In this document: piece by piece, positions 8,415 through 17,281 of the stretch
How positions within the stretch are numbered: position 1 is the first letter of the stretch
How the letters are laid out: each line of letters begins with the position of its first letter
DNA from: a virus
Direction: 5' to 3' (one strand)
Length of the DNA: 64,000 nucleotides
Virus record (IMG/VR): IMGVR_UViG_3300003320_000592
Location: 1,054-65,053 of that record
Notes under the pieces: generated by a model
The model's database searches: none
What the model was told of the DNA's origin: nothing
The model's input: the letters and a program-made list of their open reading frames with translations, nothing else
Made by a program: the position numbers and the translations under genes

Positions 8415-11099
8415 ATGACCATCACGTCCGCCGCCGCGCTGACCTCCAACAGCGGGACCGGCCTCACATCCCTGACTGTGACGAGCTCGGGCACGGCGGC
8501 AGGCAATCTGTGGGTGCTGTGGATCGTCGTCAAGAGCTCCAGCATCACCGTGTCCACCGTGACGAGCTCCCACGCCTCATGGAACTTGGCGGCGGGGCCG
8601 TTCCTGGACGGCACCAGCTCCAACGAGTACATCTACTACGGCGTCATGTCCGCCTCCGGCGCCGACATCATCAACTTCACGTACTCCGGCAGCGTCACCA
8701 GCACGGGCATCGACATCGTCGCGCACCCGTTCCAGTCCTCCCTGGGTTCGCCGCAGTGGTCGCTGGACGCCATCGGTGCCCTGTCCAACGCGTCCTCGAC
8801 CACCGTCCAGTTCCCCTTCGTGACCCCCACCAAGAACTTGGTCACCGGCGAGCTGTACTGGGGCCACGCCCGGGTGCTGAGCGCGGCGAGCAGCCCGTCC
8901 TCCGGATTCACGGCCAACAACGACGTCGCCGGAAACCCGGAGATCTACAACACGGCGATCACCGCGACCGCGTCACCCACGATGACCCAGGCGGCCGGGA
9001 CGTCGAACACGATCGCCGCCGTGTTCAGCGACGGGCCGCCCCCCTCGGGCGTGTGGATTCTGCCGCGCCCCGTCCTGCGGATGACGGGCCCGATGGCCCA
9101 GCGCCGTCCGCCGCAGCGGTTCTCGACCTCGATACCGGTCGTGTCCGTGCCCTTGGCGGACTCGGGCACTGGGTCTGACACCCTCGCGGTCGCCGTGCCC
9201 TTGGCAGACGTCGCAGCCAGCTCGGACACCGTGTCCAGCGCCACGGCCCTGACGGATACGGGCACAGGCTCCGACAGCGTGCTCCCGGCCGTCTCCGCCC
9301 CGGACGCGGGCGCCGCGGCGGACACGCTGGCATTGACGGCGCTCCTCGCGGATGCAGGCGCTGCGACAGACACCCCCGCCGTCACGGTCCCGCTCGCGGA
9401 CCCCGCCGCCGCGAGCGACACCGCCTCGGTCACCGCGACGGTCCCGCTGCCGGACAGCGGGTCCGGGTCCGACGCGGCGGCTGTCGCCATTGCGCTGTCC
9501 GACCCCGGGACCGCCGCAGACGTCGCCGCAGTCGCCACGGCCCTGGCGGACTCCGGAACCGCGGCGGACACGATCTCGAACGCAGCCGCGTTGACCGATG
9601 CGGGCGCCGGATCTGACTCCGCCAAGGTCGCGGCCGCGCTGCCGGACACCGCATCGGGCACGGACACCCTAACCGCCTCGATCACGGTGACACTGCCGGA
9701 CGGCGGCACCGGAACGGACATCCTCGCGGTCGCCGTTCCGGCCAACGACGCGGCCGCGGGGGCGGACACTGCAACGGTCACAGCCGCTTTCACGCTGGTG
9801 GAGACGGGTTCTGGATCGGACACGGCGTCAGTCACCATCCCGGCCGCGGACACGGGCACGGCGTCCGACGGCATCGGCATGCTCACGGTGCTGATCAGCG
9901 ACTCTGGAACAGGGGCGGACGCCCCCGCCGTCACAGCCTTCCTGGCTGACGCGGGCTCGGGCGCCGACACCCCGGGCGTCGCGACAGCCCTGGCCGATGC
10001 CGGATCCGGCGCAGACGCTGAATCGATCGCGTCCACCACGATGATCGCACTGTCCGACTCGGGCGCCGGATCGGACATCGCGACAGTGGCCGTGCCACTG
10101 GCAGAGACTGCGACGGGATCGGACACAGCGGGCATGGCGGCCGCCCTGTCCGAGTCCGGGGCCGGGTCGGACGCACTGGCCGCCACCGCGTTGCTCAGTG
10201 ATGTGGGAGCGGCCGTAGACGCGGTGTACGCCGCCCTTCAGCTGTCCGACACTGGAGGGGCGTCCGACGCCGTATCATCCGCCGTGGCACTGGCCGACAC
10301 GGGGGCCGGGGCGGAACTCGCCTCCCTGGCGGTCGGGCTCGCAGACGCGGCCGCGGGGGCGGACGTCGTCGCGCTGTCGGTGTCCGTCGCGGACACGGGG
10401 TCGGGTGCGTCCGTGCTCGTGTCCGCGGTCGCGGTCTCCGACGCGGGCTCCGGGTCCGACGTGCTCGCGATGGGCGCCGCCGTAGTGCTGCTGGCCGACT
10501 CCGGCAGCGGGTCCGACACCGTCGTGGTCGCCTTCGGCGTGGCCGACGCCGCGTCCGGGGCGGATGCGCTGTTCGTGCCGCCACCGGGCAACACCGGCAC
10601 GGCCGCGTGGCGTGCCGGTGCGTTGCCCGGTAGATGGCGAGCGGAGTCGCAGCGCCAGCGGTGGTCGGCGGCGGCTGTTGCGGGTAGGTGGACAATAGAG
10701 CCAGTTCAGCGGTGGACGATCGAGCCCGTCGAGGCCAGGTGGAAGGCGATGCTGATGACCGGATTCACGCCGATCGCGGCGATCAGCCTGCAAGAGATCA
10801 ATGTCCTGTGGACGTCCCACCTGGCGGGCACGTTCATCGACCCGACGGCCGCTCCGCTCGTGGTGCAGATGGCGTTTCCGGTGTCCAGCGGGAACACGAG
10901 CGCCCCCGCGCAGCCCGTCACCTGGTACCCGGCCAGTTGGCTCTCCGGTACCACGATCAGAGGTTGGGTGGCACAGTGTCTGGTGGGGCCGGGAGGAACG
11001 GTTACTCTGACGGCGGGCCAGAGTTACGACGTGTGGTCACAGATCCAGGGGTCGCCGGAGATCCCGAAGGTCTTCGCGGGAGTTCAGCAGGTGTACTGA
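8415..11099 (+). CDS. Long repetitive tail-associated protein (about 29 L-x-D-x-G-x-G-x-D repeats); possible internal start at 10749
   Basis: GGAGG RBS; repeats counted in the translation; distinct C-terminal domain MLMTGFTPIAA... Confidence 0.6.
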   Translation: MTITSAAALTSNSGTGLTSLTVTSSGTAAGNLWVLWIVVKSSSITVSTVTSSHASWNLAAGPFLDGTSSNEYIYYGVMSASGADIINFTYSGSVTSTGIDIVAHPFQSSLGSPQWSLDAIGALSNASSTTVQFPFVTPTKNLVTGELYWGHARVLSAASSPSSGFTANNDVAGNPEIYNTAITATASPTMTQAAGTSNTIAAVFSDGPPPSGVWILPRPVLRMTGPMAQRRPPQRFSTSIPVVSVPLADSGTGSDTLAVAVPLADVAASSDTVSSATALTDTGTGSDSVLPAVSAPDAGAAADTLALTALLADAGAATDTPAVTVPLADPAAASDTASVTATVPLPDSGSGSDAAAVAIALSDPGTAADVAAVATALADSGTAADTISNAAALTDAGAGSDSAKVAAALPDTASGTDTLTASITVTLPDGGTGTDILAVAVPANDAAAGADTATVTAAFTLVETGSGSDTASVTIPAADTGTASDGIGMLTVLISDSGTGADAPAVTAFLADAGSGADTPGVATALADAGSGADAESIASTTMIALSDSGAGSDIATVAVPLAETATGSDTAGMAAALSESGAGSDALAATALLSDVGAAVDAVYAALQLSDTGGASDAVSSAVALADTGAGAELASLAVGLADAAAGADVVALSVSVADTGSGASVLVSAVAVSDAGSGSDVLAMGAAVVLLADSGSGSDTVVVAFGVADAASGADALFVPPPGNTGTAAWRAGALPGRWRAESQRQRWSAAAVAGRWTIEPVQRWTIEPVEARWKAMLMTGFTPIAAISLQEINVLWTSHLAGTFIDPTAAPLVVQMAFPVSSGNTSAPAQPVTWYPASWLSGTTIRGWVAQCLVGPGGTVTLTAGQSYDVWSQIQGSPEIPKVFAGVQQVY

Positions 11100-11132
11100 G
11101 AACGGTCAACTGCACCCAAGACAGAGGTTTCA

Positions 11133-11426
11133 GTGGAATGGATGGTCAGGCTGACTCGCGTATGGCGCGAACTGCTGCGGGACGTCCTGCTTACCGGGGC
11201 GGGCCTGGCAGTGATCGGCAGCCAGGTCGCGGCGGCGTCACCCAACGCGTACCTCATCGGAGCCGGGCTGAGCCTGACGTTCCCGTCCACCTTCGTCAAG
11301 ATCCGGGAAATCCTGGTGGAGTCGTCTGGCACCGAGGATGGGCCTGGTTCGCCATCCGCGCCTCTTGGGCCGGTGCCGCCGTCTGCGCCGTCCGCAGCGT
11401 CGTCGAAGGCTGGCACTGGTGATTAG
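11133..11426 (+). CDS. Putative holin
   Basis: Two hydrophobic helices (DVLLTGAGLAVIG, YLIGAGLSLTFP) in a small protein after the tail genes. Confidence 0.5.
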   Translation: MEWMVRLTRVWRELLRDVLLTGAGLAVIGSQVAAASPNAYLIGAGLSLTFPSTFVKIREILVESSGTEDGPGSPSAPLGPVPPSAPSAASSKAGTGD

Positions 11427-11772
11427 CCATCTCCGGGATCTCGTACGCCTGGGGCCGATAACCTCCGGGGCCAAACGGGCGCTGGTGTACCTCATCGTCG
11501 TCTTCCTGCTGATCGACGCGGGGGAGTTCTACCTGTTCGCCAGGTCCATCAACACCCTCACCACGCAGCAGCACGCCCAGTGTCAGTTCTACGACGACCT
11601 GGGCGCCGCGCCGGTCACGGCTCCGTCCAGCGCCAAAAAGGCGCCGCTCGGCGTGCAGGTCATCTCCGATGCCAGGGTGGCCTGGCATCGCCTCGGATGT
11701 CCCGGGACGCAGCATGCGCCCGATCCGACGTTCGTCACGCTGGCGCATCGGTACAACCTGCCCACGAGTTGA
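11419..11772 (+). CDS. Single-TM membrane protein (lysis accessory?)
   Basis: GTG overlapping the holin end; ALVYLIVVFLLIDAGEFYLF TM followed by a domain with two Cys. Confidence 0.5.
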   Translation: MISHLRDLVRLGPITSGAKRALVYLIVVFLLIDAGEFYLFARSINTLTTQQHAQCQFYDDLGAAPVTAPSSAKKAPLGVQVISDARVAWHRLGCPGTQHAPDPTFVTLAHRYNLPTS

Positions 11773-11790
11773 AACGGACAAGGCGGGCAC

Positions 11791-12054
11791 ATGAGCAGAC
11801 AGGACAGTCGGGCGGTCGAGCGAACCGCGGCGGCGATGGAGACCCTGGTCTCCGAGGGCGTGGAGCAGGTGAGCGTGGCGCGCGTCCTCCAGCTGCTCGG
11901 CCGGGAAGCTCCGGAGCCCCCACGGCCCGCAGAACGGCCCGAGCGCATTGACCCCCGGGCCGATCCGCTGACCGGCTGTATGCCCGTGACAGCTCCAGGA
12001 GGACAGCATGGTGACACCGAAGAAGGACGCGGCGGCCGCGGGTTCCGCGGCTGA
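11791..12054 (+). CDS. Hypothetical protein
   Basis: ORF track, operon position; overlaps next ORF. Confidence 0.4.
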   Translation: MSRQDSRAVERTAAAMETLVSEGVEQVSVARVLQLLGREAPEPPRPAERPERIDPRADPLTGCMPVTAPGGQHGDTEEGRGGRGFRG

Positions 12055-12319
12055 CAAGACCCCGCGGAAGAAGGCCGAGCCGACCAAGGCCGTACAGCCC
12101 CGCAAGCACGCGCAGGTCGAGACCGAGCGGCCCGCCGACTCCCCCGACATCCAGTCCGTGTCCAACCCCGGACACCGACCCGAGCCCGAGGACATGACGC
12201 ACGAGGTGCTGCGCACGGTCGTGATCGACAGCGCCGAGCGCAAGCCGGGGGACGCCGTGCACCTGGAAGGCCTGAGCGCTGCCGAGCTGGAGAGCCACGG
12301 ATACGTGCGCAGGCTGTAA
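12008..12319 (+). CDS. Hypothetical protein
   Basis: AGGAGG RBS; ends just before terminator. Confidence 0.55.
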   Translation: MVTPKKDAAAAGSAADKTPRKKAEPTKAVQPRKHAQVETERPADSPDIQSVSNPGHRPEPEDMTHEVLRTVVIDSAERKPGDAVHLEGLSAAELESHGYVRRL

Positions 12320-12326
12320 GCACAGT

Positions 12327-12354
12327 GCGGCTCCCGCTTGCCGACGGGAGCCGC
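12327..12354. terminator. Hairpin between convergent operons
   Basis: GCGGCTCCCG-8 nt-CGGGAGCCGC perfect 10-bp stem. Confidence 0.7.
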
Positions 12355-12385
12355 TATCCGGGGTGAGCACCCTTCCATGCGCTCG

Positions 12386-12805
12386 CTAAGGCGAGCATGC
12401 CACGTCCGTCCGCGGATCAGCCGCTGGCGTGGGACGTGGCGGGACACCCTTGGCCGTGGCGCGCTTCTTCCGAACATTGACCTTGTTCCGGTACAGCAGA
12501 TACCGCTTTTCGAACTCCGGACCGTAGGCCTCGATCAGCAGAGCCTTGACGATGGCGAACGGCGAGCTCTCGTCATCCGCTCTGCCCATGGACAGCACGC
12601 CTGAGTGATACTCCGTGCTCAGCCGGTGCAGGACCCGGCAGACCTCGTCCATCTCGTAGCGGTTGAGCGGCACCGGACGGCCGTGCAGCGCGTCGTCCAC
12701 GGCGACGAAGTCGACGCGGCCGTCCGCCGACTCCAGGTCGACGCCCAGGGCCGGGCGGATGTCGACGTGCTTCCGGTACCGGGTGCGCAGGCAGGGCGGT
12801 ATCAC
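12386..12805 (-). CDS. Hypothetical protein
   Basis: GTG overlapping upstream TGA at 12802-12804; basic C-terminus. Confidence 0.55.
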   Translation of the reverse strand: MIPPCLRTRYRKHVDIRPALGVDLESADGRVDFVAVDDALHGRPVPLNRYEMDEVCRVLHRLSTEYHSGVLSMGRADDESSPFAIVKALLIEAYGPEFEKRYLLYRNKVNVRKKRATAKGVPPRPTPAADPRTDVACSP

Positions 12806-13164
12806 GGTGTCCTGCGCCTGGTGAAGGTCAGGTACAGGTACGCCGATACGCCGTCGTCGTAGTCTGCGCGCTCCGCCGGGAGCCCGTACGTGCCGCGTTC
12901 GTAGGCGTTGGCCGCGTCTCTGATCTGGGCAGGATCGTACCCGTGCTGCGTGTGCAGCCGCTGCGCGTAGGTATATCCGTTCTGCCATGCGGGGGTGATG
13001 TCGTCGCTCCTGGTGCAGTCCCCGGCATGACCGGGATCATGAATCTGTGCCTGTCTGGGTGCGGACAGTCGTCTTCGGACGGCGGACTCCAGATCGTCGG
13101 ACGAGCTTCGCATCACTGTCACCTCGATCCCAGACTGGCGGCGGAGCATGCCCGGGTAGATCAT
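12802..13164 (-). CDS. Hypothetical protein
   Basis: ATGA coupling to upstream gene. Confidence 0.5.
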   Translation of the reverse strand: MIYPGMLRRQSGIEVTVMRSSSDDLESAVRRRLSAPRQAQIHDPGHAGDCTRSDDITPAWQNGYTYAQRLHTQHGYDPAQIRDAANAYERGTYGLPAERADYDDGVSAYLYLTFTRRRTP

Positions 13165-13628
13165 ACGATCCCGGCCAGGTCGACCAGGCGGACACGCGGG
13201 GCCCTGCGGCCCTTGACGGGCGAGTTCGGATCGGCCGTCTCGTAGCCGTCGATCACGTCGTCGATGACGGACAGGTCGCGCGGGCTGTACCCGAACACGG
13301 GAACGATCCTGGAGCGCCCGCAGTGCCCGGCCGAGGCCACGGCGGCCAGCTCGGGCTCGGATCCGGTCCGCGCACGCCACGCCTGCGCCACCTTGCGGCC
13401 CACCGGGCTGGCGTAGCGGCGCTCGAGCTCGAAATCCGCGCCGCGGGCGGCGAGCCTGTCCGCGACGGAGACGACGCCTGCTTCGACGTTGCGTCGGCCC
13501 ACGGTGCGCACCAGCACCTCGCGGCGCCTGGCGACCGAACGCGAGCCGGTGCGTCGCCCCCTGGCGGGAGCCTTGGCCATGCGGTCCCGCGGAGCGCACA
13601 CGCTGCGGGCGATGTCGCTGTACTTCAT
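13161..13628 (-). CDS. Hypothetical basic protein (possible DNA-binding)
   Basis: GATCAGGGAAGA RBS element upstream of ATG. Confidence 0.55.
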   Translation of the reverse strand: MKYSDIARSVCAPRDRMAKAPARGRRTGSRSVARRREVLVRTVGRRNVEAGVVSVADRLAARGADFELERRYASPVGRKVAQAWRARTGSEPELAAVASAGHCGRSRIVPVFGYSPRDLSVIDDVIDGYETADPNSPVKGRRAPRVRLVDLAGIV

Positions 13629-13688
13629 GGTCGGTGTCTCTTCCCTGATCTTCACGGATCGGCCCTTCGGCCGCCCAACTGCTGACAA

Positions 13689-14009
13689 CTACAGCTTAGC
13701 AGGTTCCCCGGCGGCCGGGTAGACCCAACCCTTCCGGCGCCACCCGGGCACGCCCGCGCGGATCCACGCGTCGACCTCCTCGATGTCGAACCACTGGTAC
13801 CTGCGCTTGGATCCCTTCGACTTGACCGTCGTGCCCACGGAGTTCGGAAAGGGGACGCCGGCCGCGTTCAGCGTGCCGCGGTGCCACCAGTCGTAGATCC
13901 GGCGCCGGTCGAGCGGCGGGTCGATGCCGTAGCGGTCGGACAGGATGCTCGCCACGCCCTGGAACCCGGCCGTGCCGTCGCGAACCTCCGACAGGCTGCC
14001 AGCCGGCAT
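13689..14009 (-). CDS. HTH DNA-binding protein (excisionase/AlpA-like winged HTH)
   Basis: FQGVASILSDRY...DRRRIYDWWHRG...FP...WFDIEEVDAWI pattern; GAGGAG RBS. Confidence 0.55.
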   Translation of the reverse strand: MPAGSLSEVRDGTAGFQGVASILSDRYGIDPPLDRRRIYDWWHRGTLNAAGVPFPNSVGTTVKSKGSKRRYQWFDIEEVDAWIRAGVPGWRRKGWVYPAAGEPAKL

Positions 14010-14094
14010 AACGGTCTCCTCTTCTACGTGAGAGCAGGGCCGCCGCACAGCGACGACCCTGCGGACAACTACAGACTACCGCCGGACGGACACG

Positions 14095-14280
14095 GCCTCC
14101 AGCGCTGGGACCGCCAGGAGCTGGAGGCGCCCGGCCGCATGACGTGTGGGGACGAGAGATTCAACCGGAGACAAAAGATCTCTCTGAATTCGTCATGCGG
14201 CCGGGTGATTGCGGACCCGGCCGCACGGCGTGCGGGCACCCTGGAGGTGGGGGTTGGCCAGGGTGCGCCGTGCGGCCGGG
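14095..14280. repeat. Three tandem intergenic hairpins (possible structured RNA/DNA)
   Basis: 9-bp stem 14095-14128; 15-bp + 7-bp stem 14130-14205; 14-bp + 9-bp stem 14216-14280. Confidence 0.7.
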
Positions 14281-14291
14281 AGACTGTTCGC

Positions 14292-15293
14292 CTACTGCGC
14301 CCAGGGCGGGGGAGGCGGACCCTGCTGGCCGGTCTGCTGCTCGACCTGCGGCTGGCTGGCCCACGGAGCTCCCGGCGTCTGCGCCGGGGCCTGCGGCGCC
14401 GTGAAAGGCGACGGGGCCGATCCGTTGACCGCGGCCGGGGCCTGCGGCTGGCTGGCCCACGGCGGCGCGCCCTGCACATCCGGAGCGGGCGCCTGCGGCT
14501 GCGCCCACGCCGGGGTCTGCCACGGGTCGCCGGGCTGCTGGGGCTGTCCGTACGGCGCCGTCGGCGACTCCGGCTGGAGCTGCGCGGGCTGCTGCGGCTG
14601 CGCTGCCCACGGCGCCTGTGCGCCGGCCTGCGGCTGCGCGTACGGCGGCACCCCGGGCTGCGGCGGGAACGGCTGCTGCGGTGCCTGCGGCTGGCCGTAC
14701 TGCGGCTGCTGGAACGTCGGCTGGCCGGGATGCACCGGCTGTTCGCCGTAGGCCGCCTGCGCGGAGATCTGCCCGTACGGGGCCGGGGCGCCCGGCATCG
14801 CGGGCTGGCCGTACGGCTGCTGCCCGTAGGCGGCCGCCTGCGGTGCCTGGTGCTGCGGCCACGTGGTCGGGGCTCCGGGGCGCGGCGGGCGCACGTCGCG
14901 CACCTTGTTGCGCTGCACGCCCTCGAACTCTTCGACCTTGATCTTCAGAAATACCGGCTTGCCGACCATGGCCTGGGCGATCTGCTCCTCCGGCGGGTTG
15001 GTCTTGACCCACTCGGCCGGGATGCCCATGTTCTCCAGGTGCCGGAACATGATCCCGAGCGACTGCGCGGCGTTCGGACCGTCGGTCGTGACCGTCATCG
15101 GGAACTTGATCTGCGCACGCCCGGCGTTCGGGCCGGTCGTCACGCGGAACCGGACGTCCCACTGGCCCTTGCTGCCGTCCTTGGTGCGGCCCCACGTGCT
15201 GGACTCGACCACGGCGTCGACCTCCGGCTCTTCGTAGACGAAGATCGAGGAGTCCGCCTTCCCGTACAGCGATGCGAAATCGTACTGACCCAT
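14292..15293 (-). CDS. ssDNA-binding protein (DUF669-like OB fold) with long Q/P/A-rich tail
   Basis: DAVVESSTWGRTKDGSKGQWDVRFRV...GKPVFLKIKVEEFEGVQRNKV; adjacent to Sak4-like ATPase. Confidence 0.65.
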   Translation of the reverse strand: MGQYDFASLYGKADSSIFVYEEPEVDAVVESSTWGRTKDGSKGQWDVRFRVTTGPNAGRAQIKFPMTVTTDGPNAAQSLGIMFRHLENMGIPAEWVKTNPPEEQIAQAMVGKPVFLKIKVEEFEGVQRNKVRDVRPPRPGAPTTWPQHQAPQAAAYGQQPYGQPAMPGAPAPYGQISAQAAYGEQPVHPGQPTFQQPQYGQPQAPQQPFPPQPGVPPYAQPQAGAQAPWAAQPQQPAQLQPESPTAPYGQPQQPGDPWQTPAWAQPQAPAPDVQGAPPWASQPQAPAAVNGSAPSPFTAPQAPAQTPGAPWASQPQVEQQTGQQGPPPPPWAQ

Positions 15294-15296
15294 GAG

Positions 15297-17039
15297 TTAG
15301 TTCCCTCTTCCCTGGAGGACTTGCGCGAGCATGCTCTCGATGGTGTAGCCGGGGTGGGAGGCGTCCCCGATCTGCATGACGTACGGCAGGCGGCCTCCCA
15401 GGCGCTCGCCGGTCTCGAACGACGGGTTGGGGCCGATCAGCATCTGGCGCAGGCCGTCGGTCCGCGCGTCCAGATATCCGAGCACGTCCACGTAGTACGG
15501 CAGGTAGTCCTGCGCCTGGCCCTGGAGCATCGGGCGCCAGCGGCCGTCCTTCTGGTGCGTGCCAGCCACGAAGGTCATGGACCACAGCGGCCGGACCGGA
15601 TGCGTGATCAGATCGCGGTAGGCGCGGACCATGGCGTTGACCTGGCGCAGCAGATCGCCCCACTTCTGGCGGTCCATCTGCTGGCCGCGGGCCAGGTCGT
15701 CGATGACGCGCTGCTGCACCTCGGTCACCGAGTCCATCGCCCCCGAGTTGAACGGGTGCTGGCCGGAGTTCAGGACCCGGTAGACCTCCATGACGGTGCG
15801 CGCCTCGCGCACCAGCACGATGGCCGTGTCCCAGGACCCGTCGGGCTGCGGCGCGGGCTGGCGCATCGGATCCCAGTAGATCTTCCGGGACGGCGTCCAG
15901 TACGACGAGCCCTCGACGTCGAGCACGACGCGCGGAACGGGACCGGAGTCGGCGAAGGTGGAGTTGTGTGTGGGGACCATTGATCGACCGGCCAGGAACA
16001 TGCCGTGGAGGTCGTCGACTTGGATACAGCGGACCGGAACCGACTTGGTCTCCGTAACGGCCTGCACGTAAATCCGGTCGAATCTCTTGACCCTCTTCTC
16101 CGGAATCTTCGACAGGCTGTCAGGGCGGTGCGTGATCCCGTGTCTGCGCTCAACGCCACGCAGATTGACATCGTAATGGTCAAGACCTTGAGTCCTGACG
16201 CCATCCGCACTGGCAAAGGATTTCTTCGGCCCGAAGATCTCAGCACGGATACCCAGAGTGTGCGCCAATTCGCAGACCGCCTCTACGACAGGCATGTTCG
16301 TGTTCGTGAACGTCACCATCTTGGGGACGACGTATCCGTCCGTGTCGAGCAGCCCGGCGAGTAGCTCACGACGCTGTTCGTCCCCTGCGCGCAGGTACTG
16401 CGAGGGCACGTGCTTGTGATCATCAAGCACGGCGCCCGCAGCACGCATGGCCGGGATGAGCTTCGGAAGGAACAGCACCGGATGACCGTTGCGTTCGCGG
16501 ATCTCGCCAGATCCCCACAGCTCCAGACAACGCAGTAGAACCGGCATCTTGAGATCACTGCCGTGGATCAGCGGTTGGTCGGTGCTTCCGTCCCCGAGCC
16601 ATGCGCCCAGGACGTACGGGTGCACTGGAAGGTCGATGTCGGCAAGACGCAGGCACGGTGTCCACGGCAGAGCCCGGCGTCCTGCGGATACAAGGTCGTC
16701 TGTCTCCCCCAGTCGCCACTGCCCGGGGGTGTTGTCGCTATTCGACATCTTCCATACATGGCCCACATCGGCGATGATCGACTCTCCGCGAAGACGAACC
16801 TCACGACACGGGCGACCAAACCACACCGGGGACACGGCCACCACCCGCGTCAGCTCGCCGTGATCGTTGAACAGGAGGTCGCCGGGCCGGACATCACCGA
16901 TGGTGGTCCATCCGTCCGGTGTCGGCAACGGTGTGTCGAGGGCCAGGGCCTTTCCCGCCTTCGCGTGCCCGTGCACCAGGAACGACAGGCCCTGTGCCCG
17001 GCGCTGCCGGGGTGGCGCCTGTTGCGGCTGCACGGTCAT
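15297..17039 (-). CDS. Sak4/AAA_24-like recombination ATPase interrupted by an intein
   Basis: LVHGHAKAGK/STFA Walker A restored after splicing; VVLDVEG, MDSVTE; next to SSB and exonuclease. Confidence 0.75.
   Translation of the reverse strand: MTVQPQQAPPRQRRAQGLSFLVHGHAKAGKALALDTPLPTPDGWTTIGDVRPGDLLFNDHGELTRVVAVSPVWFGRPCREVRLRGESIIADVGHVWKMSNSDNTPGQWRLGETDDLVSAGRRALPWTPCLRLADIDLPVHPYVLGAWLGDGSTDQPLIHGSDLKMPVLLRCLELWGSGEIRERNGHPVLFLPKLIPAMRAAGAVLDDHKHVPSQYLRAGDEQRRELLAGLLDTDGYVVPKMVTFTNTNMPVVEAVCELAHTLGIRAEIFGPKKSFASADGVRTQGLDHYDVNLRGVERRHGITHRPDSLSKIPEKRVKRFDRIYVQAVTETKSVPVRCIQVDDLHGMFLAGRSMVPTHNSTFADSGPVPRVVLDVEGSSYWTPSRKIYWDPMRQPAPQPDGSWDTAIVLVREARTVMEVYRVLNSGQHPFNSGAMDSVTEVQQRVIDDLARGQQMDRQKWGDLLRQVNAMVRAYRDLITHPVRPLWSMTFVAGTHQKDGRWRPMLQGQAQDYLPYYVDVLGYLDARTDGLRQMLIGPNPSFETGERLGGRLPYVMQIGDASHPGYTIESMLAQVLQGRGN
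15963..16949 (-). mobile_element. Class 3 intein (329 aa) with LAGLIDADG homing endonuclease
   Basis: Starts Ala (ALALDTPLPTPDGW); block B GHVW; block F VRCIQVD; block G VPTHN/S; blocks C/E YVLGAWLGDGS and LLAGLLDTDG. Confidence 0.9.
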
Positions 17040-17281
17040 CCGACGACCGCGTTCCACGCCGCCAGGCAACCCACGAACAGGCCGAACATGACGGCTGCGA
17101 CCACAGACGCCGAGAACACGGTCCCGATGCGCTTCTTGAACAGATCGTGGCGGGCCTCGACCCGGGCCTGGTGCATGCGGATCTCGGAAAGCAGCCGCTG
17201 CTCGGCGGCGCCGGCTTCCATCGTCTCGGTGATCCAGCCCTTGCGCGCCGCGGGTGCTCCCTGGTTTGCCGATTCGATCAT
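17036..17281 (-). CDS. Small membrane protein
   Basis: C-terminal TM helix; stop overlaps next start. Confidence 0.55.
   Translation of the reverse strand: MIESANQGAPAARKGWITETMEAGAAEQRLLSEIRMHQARVEARHDLFKKRIGTVFSASVVAAVMFGLFVGCLAAWNAVVG

Noticed and set aside
13689-14009. Excisionase indicating a prophage boundary or integration module
   Set aside because: No integrase or att-like site recognised nearby; treated as a generic HTH regulator.
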